Below the pieces are notes generated by a model that saw nothing but the letters and a program-made list of their open reading frames with translations, searched no databases and was not told the origin of the DNA. From IMG/VR virus record IMGVR_UViG_3300033463_000075, positions 18,164-82,163 of that record: 64,000 bases of DNA; one strand, written 5' to 3'. Position 1 is the stretch's first letter. Each line of letters begins with the position of its first letter. A program made the position numbers and the translations under genes. Shown piece by piece: positions 22,252 to 32,979 of this stretch. The stretch comes from a virus. Taxonomy: Duplodnaviria > Caudoviricetes.

Positions 22252-22260
22252 TAATTTAGC
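22252..22260 (-). promoter_or_regulatory. GCTAAATTA putative late promoter
   Basis: Exact motif after tube terminator, upstream of ATG 22212. Confidence 0.7.
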
Positions 22261-22308
22261 AAATAATATAAATAGATTTATTAAATTTATTTTAGATGCA
22301 AATAAAAA

Positions 22309-22334
22309 ATATCCATACAATTTTGTATGGATAT
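22309..22334 (-). terminator. intrinsic terminator after tail tube
   Basis: 10-bp stem ATATCCATAC/GTATGGATAT then T-run. Confidence 0.75.
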
Positions 22335-22358
22335 TTCATATAATTTTAATAGTTGTTA

Positions 22359-22967
22359 TTAGCCTTCAATTTGTTCTGGTAATACCATTACAGCTCTGTC
22401 ATAAGCAAAGTTAACAGTAATTTGACGCTTACCATCTGAAGCTCTATCAAATGAATCTTCTGTTAAGCCTGTAATAAAGCAACCTTCAAGGTCCCAACGT
22501 CTAATTTCTTCATAGTCTTGTGTATACTCAATTAAGTGGCAAGTTTTCTTATAGTCTTTCATTCTTCCACCCTTACGTGTATATGGGTCATAAGCAAGAC
22601 GTAGCCAAGCCATAAGTAATGACTTTGTATCTAATCCTACATAGTCATCAACTGTTAACGAACCATCACTGAATGTTGGAACACCTGCAAAATTGATAAC
22701 GTCATTACCACGTCTATATTGTAGTTTTTCAACTGAATAATGTGGAACGTCAGCTTTAGTAACTGCTAACTTAATATCTTCAAAAGCTTCTGAAGCAGCG
22801 TATTTATTAGCTTCTGTTGCATTAGCAGGATCTCCTGTATATGTAGGCTTTAATAGATTTCCTAATTCTTCTTGACTTACTGTGAATAGGAAGAAACCTG
22901 TTCTGGCTGATTCATAGGCAGCAAGATTTGCACTTATGTGATCGACATTTAATCCATTTAAACTCAT
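22359..22967 (-). CDS. tail tube protein (T4 gp19-like)
   Basis: Follows sheath; FAGVPTF...LMAWL...YKKTCHL...RRWDLEGCF; no TGA. Confidence 0.85.
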   Translation of the reverse strand: MSLNGLNVDHISANLAAYESARTGFFLFTVSQEELGNLLKPTYTGDPANATEANKYAASEAFEDIKLAVTKADVPHYSVEKLQYRRGNDVINFAGVPTFSDGSLTVDDYVGLDTKSLLMAWLRLAYDPYTRKGGRMKDYKKTCHLIEYTQDYEEIRRWDLEGCFITGLTEDSFDRASDGKRQITVNFAYDRAVMVLPEQIEG

Positions 22968-22986
22968 TGTTCTATTTCTCCTTTAC

Positions 22987-24495
22987 CTATTCTAATTCAT
23001 CCATATTTACAGCAACACCTTTAATTGAGTCTTCCATATTAATACCAATTTTAAAGTCTTCAACACCTTCAATTGGCACAATTCTGATTAAACCTTTCAT
23101 TGTTGCTTTTAATTTTGTATTAACTTTTACAAACTTATAATCTTCAACACCTTCATCAGCTTTCATTCTCTTTAATGTTGGTTCTATAGCATCGCAGAAT
23201 TTAATCCATAATAATGAACTATTTGGATCAAATGTAAACTTCTTGCAGGCATAATATGTTTGTTTCTTTAATGTAGCTAGTAATTGTCTAATATTTAGGA
23301 AGTCACTAAACTTTAGTTCATCCCCAATAGCATTAGCTGTTCTATTACCATATAAATAATAATTATTATGTGATTTAATAATTAAATTAACAGCTTTTTT
23401 AATATTACCGTTGCCATTTCTTGGTTGTAATAAATCAGCAGCTAATTCACCAAAGTTATAGCCCGTTTGTAAAATGGTATATTTGCTTACGCCTCTTTCA
23501 TATCCAGCAACTGGCCACCATTCATTATAACCTAAATTACCAAATGCATTTGCAGCACAAGCTAAATAATAGAATGAACCTGGAAATACTGTATTTTCAT
23601 AGTATTCGTCTTTTATATCTAAGCTAACATATGGTGCAAAGAAAGATGAAAACTTATTACTATCTGAAATTTTTGAAATATCAGCATTAATATTGGCAAT
23701 AGTTTGTGATAGTGTTGTAGCACTACTAGGTGCATAATTTATTTTAGATATATCCAATAAAGCGATAATATCTCCACGACCTGATGTTGTGTAATCCGCA
23801 TTATTTATATAAGTAGCTAATTGTGCTATAGCATTATTAGCTATTGTATTATTTTCAAGTAAACCAGTTAAAATATATCTAAATTGATAAACTGATTTAT
23901 CCTTTAGTGGTTCTAGAAAAGCAATAATACTTTCACTATCAGTTATATCAGCTATTGTTTCCAATTTTTTATATAAAACAGTATAGCCAAGACCAAGCAA
24001 CTCATAGGCAATCTGATTACCATAATGAAGCTCACCATCTGTACCTTCATTTCCCGGTGTAATTATAGCATAAAAAATTTCAACGCTACTTGATACACTT
24101 GGCTCAACTACTGCACGTTCATATTTATATTGCTTATCGTGTAAATAGCCAACTGCAGGGCTACTTGCTTCAACAGCTATATAAAGTTGATTATTTCTAA
24201 AATATTCTAAAGCAAGGTCTAAATTAGCAGCAGTAATAGTATTTTGGTTGCCAGACCAGCCATACTCAACATTTTCATAGAAATCAGGTCCTTTTGGATC
24301 ATATCTTTGAGAAAGTTTTCCAACATACTTGATAAAATCAGCCTGTGTGCTACACTCAAAAACACCGCTACTGTCAGCAACTTCTGCATATTTTTCAGTA
24401 TTTTTTACAAAGCCTGGTACAACAACTGAAAAGTTAGCATATGCAGCTACGCCTGTTGTAGAAAGATCATATTCATTAATTATTACATTAGGCAT
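22987..24495 (-). CDS. tail sheath protein (T4 gp18-like)
   Basis: WWPVAGYERG...YLYGNRT...FLNIRQL...FDPNSSLLW; TAG stop; no TGA. Confidence 0.9.
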   Translation of the reverse strand: MPNVIINEYDLSTTGVAAYANFSVVVPGFVKNTEKYAEVADSSGVFECSTQADFIKYVGKLSQRYDPKGPDFYENVEYGWSGNQNTITAANLDLALEYFRNNQLYIAVEASSPAVGYLHDKQYKYERAVVEPSVSSSVEIFYAIITPGNEGTDGELHYGNQIAYELLGLGYTVLYKKLETIADITDSESIIAFLEPLKDKSVYQFRYILTGLLENNTIANNAIAQLATYINNADYTTSGRGDIIALLDISKINYAPSSATTLSQTIANINADISKISDSNKFSSFFAPYVSLDIKDEYYENTVFPGSFYYLACAANAFGNLGYNEWWPVAGYERGVSKYTILQTGYNFGELAADLLQPRNGNGNIKKAVNLIIKSHNNYYLYGNRTANAIGDELKFSDFLNIRQLLATLKKQTYYACKKFTFDPNSSLLWIKFCDAIEPTLKRMKADEGVEDYKFVKVNTKLKATMKGLIRIVPIEGVEDFKIGINMEDSIKGVAVNMDELE

Positions 24496-24545
24496 TTTTT
24501 TCTTTTTCTCCTTAAAATTTGATAGGTGTTATCCTAAATATCAAT

Positions 24546-24554
24546 TAATTTAGC
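24546..24554 (-). promoter_or_regulatory. GCTAAATTA putative late promoter
   Basis: Exact motif upstream of sheath ATG. Confidence 0.7.
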
Positions 24555-24573
24555 AAATGATTTGCTTTAATTA

Positions 24574-25323
24574 TTACTTTTTTGTTTGTATAAGTTCTAT
24601 ATCCTCTATCTCACCAGACTCAGTAATTTTATTACTTACTTCAATACCACCTTCTGTCTGACTTAATAGCTCTAATTCAGCTTCTGTAAAGATGCTGTCA
24701 TCATCGATAAACATTCTTCAATTTTTTCTATATGGAATACTAAATAAGAAGCCATCTTGAAGCTCAATAGATATTGTTCATCTAGTAAATTGACCTGTAA
24801 ATAAACGCTCTGCAATATCACTTGTATCAGATACAGTGCTTAGCACTCTAAGGTTAGCTGTATGTTGTATAGCAAGATTATTATAAGGTATCTCAATGAT
24901 TATCTTAGGATTATTTATAAGCTTAAATAAAAAGTTTCTAAGGTATTCATCGCCCTCTTCATATTTTTTAGTATAAATATCAAGTTTGTATTCAACAGTT
25001 ACAGGTATAACATTCATCTGAATACTGTATTCTGCATGCTTAGCTGTAGCTGGGTCTAGTAAGCGGCCATCTTTAGCATTTGCAAGACCTATTTTTAAGC
25101 CATCATAAGACATTGGTGTCTTAATATTTGTATCAATATTAAAGTCAGTATTACGTGACAAAGCTATAATGGGCAAGTCTATTGGCTTATCCTTTGAGTC
25201 ATCTGCTTTTTCTTCAAACAAACGCTTTGTTTCATCAGGCTTAAGCACTCTAAGCTTGGATCCATCTGGTATTCATTTTTTTAGTTTTGCAACTATTATG
25301 TCATCATAATATCTAAAAGCCAT
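24574..25323 (-). CDS. tail terminator/sheath stabilizer (T4 gp15-like; 249 aa, 3 TGA)
   Basis: LPIIALSR...VIPVTVEYKLDIYT; TGA 25273, 24778, 24718; TAA 24574. Confidence 0.75.
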
Positions 25324-25336
25324 TAATTATATTCCC

Positions 25337-25675
25337 TTATAATAAAAGTGGTGCATGTAATGCCATTAAAAAGATTTTACTACCAAAGTATTCACTATTG
25401 CCATAGGTTATAAAATTGGCGATATCTTCATATTTTTTTGTTTTAAATGTTAAAATTAGTGTCGCATTACCATCTGTGTTAAACTGTAAATCGTTTAATA
25501 ATTGTAAGCATACTAATTTCAAATTAGTTTTATAGTGCATAAGCAAGTATTCATCAAGCTTTATTTCAGCTGCCCCATTATTATAACATAAGATAGCACT
25601 TTTGGCAGCTTTTTTTAGTCTTGGCTCAACATATGCTATATTTTTATTTGGTGGATAGTCAAGTCTTATAACCAT
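25337..25675 (-). CDS. hypothetical protein
   Basis: Open frame in neck operon; TAA stop. Confidence 0.6.
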   Translation of the reverse strand: MVIRLDYPPNKNIAYVEPRLKKAAKSAILCYNNGAAEIKLDEYLLMHYKTNLKLVCLQLLNDLQFNTDGNATLILTFKTKKYEDIANFITYGNSEYFGSKIFLMALHAPLLL

Positions 25676-25676
25676 A

Positions 25677-27590
25677 TTACTTTTCTATTATTTTAATATT
25701 ACCAGCGTTAGCTATTTCATCACACAATGTTTGACAGTTTGTTCTATTAATATCAGTCCCAGCAAGTTTTTTATTAGCTATGTGTAGACCTTTAATAGTT
25801 GTAGGAGGTACACTATCAAAGTTGTAATCATAGCGCTCTAGCAAAGCATTTACATCAAAACCTTTATCATCTGTCGTGATAATATTAGCTATAAGCACAA
25901 TATATAATGCAGCATCATTAGCATTTTTAATATTTAAGCTTTCTACATTGAGTGGGGCTTTTTCTTTCTTTACAAAATTATTAGCATCTGCTGGGAATAG
26001 TGTTTGTAGTGTAGTGATAACTGTTTGAATAGGCACAAGGGTATTGCCTCAAGTAGTAAGTACTTGTGTGTCATCCAATAAGTTGCCTGTAAATAAAGTT
26101 TTAATAAACACATCATCTGTTAATTTTTGTAAACGTTCATCATTTGTGCTTGCTTTACTATTTAAGGCTTGCTTTTGTACTTCTAAATATTGTTCGGCTA
26201 GCTCTTGGTCAAGACTATAGAATAGCTTGCAGAATATTAAGTTTCCAGCATTAAGTATATCTGGATCCTTTAAGTCAGTGTCTTTTAAATTACCTTTTCT
26301 GTAAGCCTCATATATAGCTCTAAATCCATCACTAGTTATATCTATAGTGCTAATTGTATTTTTTAGAAATGCTAAAAGTGGATTAGTAGCGCTATTAAAA
26401 CCAAGCGCCATTAAGACATGTGTTAACGCAGCCGGGAATCGACTAAGCTTTTCAAAAGCTTTAATATAAGGAGGGTCTGGCCATTCGACTTTTAGATATA
26501 AATCAAAAGCTTTATTAGAATCATATACTGTATTTGTTGGCACATTTAATAAAATAGTTTTGTTTTTTCCATTTATACCAGCAATTTCTGCTGCAGTTAA
26601 GGTTGTTTGTCCGCCTTGGCTCTTAGCAATTCTATCAAACAATGCAGCTCAGTCTATTGCAGGTGCGTCTGCTTTTTCAGCTCTACGTTGTATATCTCCT
26701 TTATCTTCTTTTCCAAATTCTTTGGCAGAATTTTTATTTGCCTTTTTTCGTGCTTGTTGTGCTTGTATAGTCTTTATGTCAGCTAATATCGGATAGCATA
26801 CTTTATATAAGTCATTAATTTTATTAGCTAGTGCAGTAATGTTCTTATCAAGAGCATCAGATACTTTAATGCTATTAGCATCATTGGCATTTAATAGACT
26901 TTTTATTGCAGCATTATTTAATAAACCTTGACTAAATGCACTGATATTGTCAGCAAGTTCTGTAAGCAATTCTTTATAGTTTTCAAAAACAGCAGGAGAT
27001 CTGAAGCTTAAACCATTCTTACTATTAACTGAAATAATATTATATATTGCATCAAAGTATTCTTTAGCTGTATTTAAGCTTTCTTTAGTATTATCTTTAA
27101 TAGTTAATGTTCTTAATACAGCGAGTATTTTATTTAGGTCTGTTTCAAATTCTTTTATGCTATCTTTTGCCACATCACCTGCGTCATCTCTATCTTGCCA
27201 CTTTCTACATAAAGTTTCTATATCTGCTCTATTTTTAACATTATCAGCTACATTATTATCAAAAAATTTTCGTATCTCAGATATAGCACCCATAATTTTT
27301 TCACGGCTGCCTTTATTTGATTGCTCCGTTTCAAGTTTTGCAAGATAATTATTTGCAAGGTCATCTGCAGCATTGTCAGTTCTTGAAATAAGGTCTTGTA
27401 TATGATCTAACGCATATTTTACTGAATTTAATTGTTTTGTTACAGTAGTTATAATACTATCAGCTTCAGCTGTATTTACTTCTTGTGTTTGTGTAGCCGC
27501 TTGTGGCTGAGCCTCTGCTTCGCCGGCTTCAAGCAAAACAAATCTTGCTTTAGATTCATCTAATATAAACTTTTCGTTTAACTCAAACAT
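25677..27590 (-). CDS. hypothetical helical virion protein (637 aa, 2 TGA)
   Basis: TGA 26649 and 26049 fuse three track ORFs; ATG 27590 follows upstream TAA with SD GAGG. Confidence 0.75.
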
Positions 27591-27591
27591 A

Positions 27592-28101
27592 TTAGTCGTC
27601 TTCCTCGTTATCAATAAGCATTGTAAAGTTTTCTTGCTTGAAGTCGTGCACTAAGTTAGGCTCGTCTCTATCAAAGTATTCAGGAGCAATAGCACAAGTA
27701 ATAGCATAAGGATATACCATTATTGTTTGCATACTGATTACACGGAATACTCTTCCTTCAGCATTATCTATACCACTTGGCACAATAAATAAAGCACCTA
27801 CTTGAATATCAGCTAAGTCATAAGGTACTTCTATTAGTATTTCATTCTCTTGAAGCTCAGCTACCCAGCCCATCTTTTTCATTGTCTTTTGGTCTGGGTG
27901 TTCATGGAATATAGTAGGCACTATAACACCAGGTTGATAGTTAGCTTCTAAGTCTCCATGGGCATCAAAAGTCTTTCCTTGGATAGGAGCTCGATAAATG
28001 CAATTTATACCATGAAATTTTGCAAATTCCTTAAAATGTTTTCTATGAAGCTTAATATCTTTATTAAGCAGTATACCGTACTTATCGAATTCCTTTTCCA
28101 T
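27592..28101 (-). CDS. neck/head completion protein (gp14-like)
   Basis: Position after gp13-like gene; HGINCIYRAP...KKMGW pattern. Confidence 0.55.
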   Translation of the reverse strand: MEKEFDKYGILLNKDIKLHRKHFKEFAKFHGINCIYRAPIQGKTFDAHGDLEANYQPGVIVPTIFHEHPDQKTMKKMGWVAELQENEILIEVPYDLADIQVGALFIVPSGIDNAEGRVFRVISMQTIMVYPYAITCAIAPEYFDRDEPNLVHDFKQENFTMLIDNEEDD

Positions 28102-28113
28102 TATTATATATTA

Positions 28114-30333
28114 TTATTTAATTAGTCCTTCAACTAATGTTTCACCAATGTGATAGTTGTATGAGAAGCTTTCTGCCATCATAGGTGCATCTTTACATCC
28201 TTTGCAGTTTAATACAAACACACCATCATCAGCTAAGTCATTATTTACGCCCTTAAGTTCAATAATAACAGCATCTGGTGTTTCATCACATACGCATTCA
28301 TTAAAGATATATCTTGTTGCTTTTTGTTTTCCAGACTTAAAGTTAATTGTTCCTTCAACTACTAAATCTTTTTGTTCATTAATAGCTTTAGAAGCTAACT
28401 TAAAGTTTTCTACATTTGAATAAACTTCTTGTAAAGATTTATTTAAGCATTCTTCAATAGAAGCATCATCAATTTCACCTAATAGAGCAACTACTTCTTC
28501 ATCATCATTAGCTTCTTCTTCAGCTTCTTCAGGTTGCTCTTCTTTTACTGTCTCTTCAGCAACTTCTTCAGTTTCTTCATCAGCTTTTGCTTCAACTGCA
28601 TTATCTACAGCTTCATCAGCTAAATCAGCAACTCTATCTTGGATTTCACCATCAAGCTTAACTTCTTCAGCAGGGATGTCATTTTCAATAGATACTGTTT
28701 CTTCAGCAGCTTGTTCAGCAACATCTTCTGCAATATCTTTAACTTCTTCAGCTGTGAATGTGGCATCTTCTGTAGGTTGTTCTTCAGTTTCTGTATTAGC
28801 TTCATCTTCAGCTGTTTCTTCTTCGGCTGGTGTTTCTTCTACTTCAGCTACTTCTACTTCTTCTTGGGCTTCTGGTGCGTCCTCAGCAGCATTTTCCTCA
28901 GCAGCTTTATCTTCTTCAGCTTCTTGTAGAGGTTGCTTATCACATTCTTCTAATGGCTTTTCTTCACCTTTACCATTTTCACAAGCTTCAGACATTCTGT
29001 TTAATGCTTCCAAATATTTTGAAACTTCTTCATCAGAAATTGGCTTCTTGAATTCTGGGCTATCTAATAGGTCATCTAATTGTCCTTCAGCTTTAGAAGC
29101 TTCTGTTAAACCTTCGTCAACTTCTTCACCTTCAGCAAGGCCTAAGTATTCTAATACTTGATCTCCATCAAACCATAGAATATCATTAATCTTTGTTAAT
29201 GTTAAGTCATTGCCATCTGGGAAGCTATCTTTTAGGTAATCTTCAAATGCTTCAACTGCATCAGCTTCTACAATTTTATTCCAAGTATCTACAGCTCCTT
29301 GCCATGGTTCATAAACATCAGCTAAATCTACTTCAACTGTAACACCTTCATTAAGTGTTAAATTTTCAGATTTATTTTCTGTTGCAAGCTCTGAGTTCTT
29401 TTCAGCGTCTTTTAAAAGCTCTGAATTATTGATACTTTCATCCATATCATTCAAAGCATCTAATACTTTTTCTGTAGTCTCATCAGTTGCAGTTTCATTA
29501 TCAGCAACTTCTTCTTCAGCTTCAATTTCAGCTTGTGCGTCAGCTACATCATCAGTTGTAATTTCTTCAGCTGGAAGGTCTTCATTTAATGTAAGATTTT
29601 CAGACTTGTTTTCAGTTGCTAATTCGCTATTCTTTTCAGCATCTTTTAATAGTTCTGAATTATTTAAGCTTTCATTAGTTTCTTCTTTTTCTTCCTCTTC
29701 CTCAGCTGGAAGTTCTGGTAGTTCTGGAAGCTCTTCTGTATTTTCTTCTGCAGGTGCTTCTTCTTGTGCTGGTTCTTCAGCAGGTTGTTCTTCATCATTT
29801 GCTTCAGCCTTAGCATCTAAGATGTCTTCTACTTCATCAGTATCATACTTATCGGCTTCGTCTTCACCAACTTTGTCTACCTTACCAACTAATGTATATC
29901 CTGAAGTATTTCCGCAGTGTTGACAAACTTCATTAATGTTTACAACATCTGGGTTCTCCTCAGAGTATTCAATGTCTTCTGGGTTTTTGTAGAATAATGT
30001 CATACATTGTGGGCATTGCACAATCATCTTACCAACATAAGAAGGAAGAATATCATCCTCTGTTTCAGCATCTAAATCAACAATCTTTTCGATTCTTGCC
30101 AATTTAGCTTTAGCTACTTCAGCCTCTCTTTCTTCCTTAGCTGTATCAACATCTTCTGCACTGTTTAGGTCATAGTATTCTTCAAACAATACATCTGTTT
30201 GAGGCACTACTCTCATTGATTCCTTTAGGTCAATTCTATTTGGCACAATACCGCCAGATACCTTAGGAACATCAATTTCCTCTAAAGCTTTAAAAGCGGC
30301 TTCCATATTAAATTTGCTAACAGGCTCTTTCAT
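28114..30333 (-). CDS. very acidic 739-aa putative internal head/core protein with Zn-ribbon
   Basis: CPQC...CQHC; Glu/Ala-rich; many L-x-E motifs; no TGA. Confidence 0.75.
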   Translation of the reverse strand: MKEPVSKFNMEAAFKALEEIDVPKVSGGIVPNRIDLKESMRVVPQTDVLFEEYYDLNSAEDVDTAKEEREAEVAKAKLARIEKIVDLDAETEDDILPSYVGKMIVQCPQCMTLFYKNPEDIEYSEENPDVVNINEVCQHCGNTSGYTLVGKVDKVGEDEADKYDTDEVEDILDAKAEANDEEQPAEEPAQEEAPAEENTEELPELPELPAEEEEEKEETNESLNNSELLKDAEKNSELATENKSENLTLNEDLPAEEITTDDVADAQAEIEAEEEVADNETATDETTEKVLDALNDMDESINNSELLKDAEKNSELATENKSENLTLNEGVTVEVDLADVYEPWQGAVDTWNKIVEADAVEAFEDYLKDSFPDGNDLTLTKINDILWFDGDQVLEYLGLAEGEEVDEGLTEASKAEGQLDDLLDSPEFKKPISDEEVSKYLEALNRMSEACENGKGEEKPLEECDKQPLQEAEEDKAAEENAAEDAPEAQEEVEVAEVEETPAEEETAEDEANTETEEQPTEDATFTAEEVKDIAEDVAEQAAEETVSIENDIPAEEVKLDGEIQDRVADLADEAVDNAVEAKADEETEEVAEETVKEEQPEEAEEEANDDEEVVALLGEIDDASIEECLNKSLQEVYSNVENFKLASKAINEQKDLVVEGTINFKSGKQKATRYIFNECVCDETPDAVIIELKGVNNDLADDGVFVLNCKGCKDAPMMAESFSYNYHIGETLVEGLIK
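29347..29673 (-). repeat. two copies of a 93-nt/31-aa coding repeat (29347-29439, 29581-29673)
   Basis: ES[LI]NNSELLKDAEKNSELATENKSENLTLNE twice. Confidence 0.9.
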
Positions 30334-30371
30334 TTTATTTCTCCTTATTTAATAAGTTTTATTTTTTATTT

Positions 30372-31094
30372 TTAGTAACTTCCTGAACTTATAGGTCCAA
30401 TTAAGTTAGAATTATCTCTTAATCTGTCTCTTAATTCTTTTAGCTCTTCATTGCCCTCGGCAAGAAGTGCATCACCATCTTGCTCCCATTGAGCACCTGA
30501 ATGTTTAAATCTTGATCTAATCCTGCCTTCCCAGATCTTTGCTGTTGCAACACACATTCTTGTTATAATATCAATCCAGTAATCACTTTCTACATCTTCA
30601 ATAGTTGGTATCTTTGGAATATACTCAATAGTTACCATTCCAGGGTTTGCCATATAGTTATTGATGTATAGCTTTTTTTCATGTGTATCTTCTATAAAAG
30701 ACATATCTGTTGAAAGTGTATTTCTAATTTGGTTTAGTGTGCTCCAAGAAGCATAGTTTAAAATATACTCGCTTAGGTTATACATAGTTCCGCCAGAGCT
30801 AAATAATAATCATTGTTGAGCATAAGCAGGGTCAAGCAAGTCAGTGCCACCTGTAGAAGATCCTACAGCAGCTGTTCTATAAACCTTTACAACTGAGCTG
30901 CAATTAAAGTCTTTCAAGTCAATGCACTTAGCAAAAGGCACAGTAATGAACTTTGACTCATCCCAATAGCGGCCAACTTCTCTTAGCACTTGGTTTACAA
31001 TAGCTTTATATTGAGCATCTTCTAAATCGCTTTCAAGCACACCGCCACCAGTAATTGCATTACGAGTTTCTTCTATTAAATCTTGTAGCTCCAT
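30372..31094 (-). CDS. neck protein (T4 gp13-like; 240 aa, 1 TGA)
   Basis: TGA 30810 fuses two track ORFs; ESDLEDAQY N-terminus; WEGRIRSRF...WEQDG...EGNEEL C-terminus. Confidence 0.75.
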
Positions 31095-31147
31095 TAGTTC
31101 TCCTCTTATATTTTATATAAGTTTGTGTATATCACAAACCAGCTAAT

Positions 31148-31156
31148 TAATTTAGC
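31148..31156 (-). promoter_or_regulatory. GCTAAATTA putative late promoter
   Basis: Exact motif upstream of neck operon. Confidence 0.7.
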
Positions 31157-31181
31157 AGAAAATGCAGCTAAACAAATAAAA

Positions 31182-31207
31182 AATAAAGCAACTTGCGCTG
31201 CTTTATT
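31182..31207 (-). terminator. intrinsic terminator ending LRR-glycosyltransferase operon
   Basis: 9-bp stem AATAAAGCA/TGCTTTATT with T-rich tail. Confidence 0.7.
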
Positions 31208-31229
31208 AAAATGTGGCTGATATTTAGTT

Positions 31230-32078
31230 TTATTTTAAGTTATTAGCATTTGGTATAACCATATGCAAATTATAAGCTTCATTAAATTCAATAATAGTAT
31301 TAGCTATACTTGCAACTCACTCTTTGAAGCCTACATAAGTTTTTGGTAGCTCCACTCTACTGTAGAAAGGCCAATCTGTTCTATTTCTTGTGGTGAAGTG
31401 TCATACTTTAATAGAAGGGTCATCTCACATGTAGCCGCAGTTTTCTAAGTGGTTCATAGCTCCATAATGATAGTCTAAGTGAAGCTCTGGGTGCTTATTC
31501 CAATCTCTGTACCAGTAGTTTAAAACACTTTGATCATGTCAAGAAACATTTGGGTTTAAGTCATCTATGTATCTAACTAAGTTATGTCCTAAATGAGGGT
31601 TTTCTTTAAAGTCTCATACAAACATACCTGAGCAAAAAATAGAAGCTCCCAAAGTATACTCAGTAATAAGTGGCTTTGGTGATCTATCTATAACTGCTGT
31701 CATGTGTGGCATATCCATAACTTCATCTATATTTTGCTTAATTCATTGGTCAGTGTCTAAATAAACTATCTTGTCAAACTTTTCCTCAACTTGTGTGTCA
31801 AATAAAGCTAGCTTAGGGAATGCACTTTTATATCAAGCTGTTAATCCACTTTCGTTAGTATTCTTGAGGGTACTTGTTGATAGTATAAAATTTGTATTAA
31901 GCTCTAATATGTTTATACCAACAGCTTGTAAAATCTGTCTTGTATTAGCATTAACATCTTTTGTTATGGCACAATAAATAGGGTACTTAGTTTTAGTATC
32001 CAATAGGTTTTTATACGCACCTAAAAGCATATAAATATAATAGTCATTAGAGCTTAAGAAAAACATTCAAGCATTCAT
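31230..32078 (-). CDS. glycosyltransferase family 8 (glycogenin-like; 282 aa, 8 TGA)
   Basis: FPKLALF...IVYLDTD...CSGMFV[W]...[W]HDQSVLN...KV[W]HF; TGAs 32067, 31833, 31743, 31614, 31539, 31425, 31401, 31317. Confidence 0.85.
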
Positions 32079-32091
32079 ATTAAATTATACA

Positions 32092-32970
32092 TTAAAAATA
32101 TAAATAATTAGTTTTATGAGCACCTGAAACTTGTATACCAATTCTTGGCTTAGACTTAACAAATATCCTATCGTCGCTTGTTTTTGGAGGAGCCAGTGTT
32201 GGGTTAACTTTAACTTCAGGTATACTTCTTTGATAGTCTTCAATAAATTTATGAATATCTGTAGGCAGTTCTCCATGCTCTTTGATATATCTTAAGATAG
32301 CATGAGTATTGCTTACTAAGTGGTTTGTTCTAAGGCCTGGCTGTCTGTTTCAAGTAGAAGGCACAGGCTCATTTTTGTTTAGAAACTGCACATGAGTTAT
32401 AGTTTCAGGAGGCATAAACTCGCAAGCAGCAAATTTAACATGCAAATAATAAGCATATGTATGGTCTTCAAAAGCTTCGTTCTTTTGCGGATCTACATCA
32501 ACATAAGGTGCTTTTTCAAATACGTACCTAGAAATTGCACATAAATTTAGCTGTGCAGCCTTATAATCATCAAATGTATAGTTCTTAATTCCTGAGTGAA
32601 TAAAGCAGAAGCCATTTGGGTGAGCATCAATAGCTTTCATATAGTCATCTGCTGCAGTCTCTGCTGAGCATTCTATAATGGCATCATCATCAAAAGTAAT
32701 TATATAATCATAGTCAAGATTTAAAAATTCCTCTCTTAAAGCTTTTCTTGCACCTAAAATTCCAAGCGGATTATATCTTTTAACTATTATTTTATTACTC
32801 ACTTTTGGTACCTTTAGTCTGCCTCAGTTTTGAGCTACTATTAAGATGTCAATATCTGGTCATAGCTCATTAAGTTGCTTAATAAGTCTATCTAATCTTG
32901 CTTTTCTTTCTTTTCTAGCTTGTTCTTCATCTGGAAGTCAGCTAATAATTCCAAAACATTTTTTTAACAT
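32092..32970 (-). CDS. GT-A fold glycosyltransferase (GT2-like; 292 aa, 4 TGA)
   Basis: ILGARKALRE...DYDYIITFDDD...FEDH; TGAs 32938, 32860, 32824, 32350; TAA 32092. Confidence 0.7.
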
Positions 32971-32979
32971 TATATTCCT

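Noticed and set aside
28157-29923. Plus-strand Ser-rich ORFs, also 7923..8510, 19307..19618, 48082..49683 and similar
   Set aside because: Antisense shadows of acidic or low-complexity minus-strand genes, with no SD or promoter.
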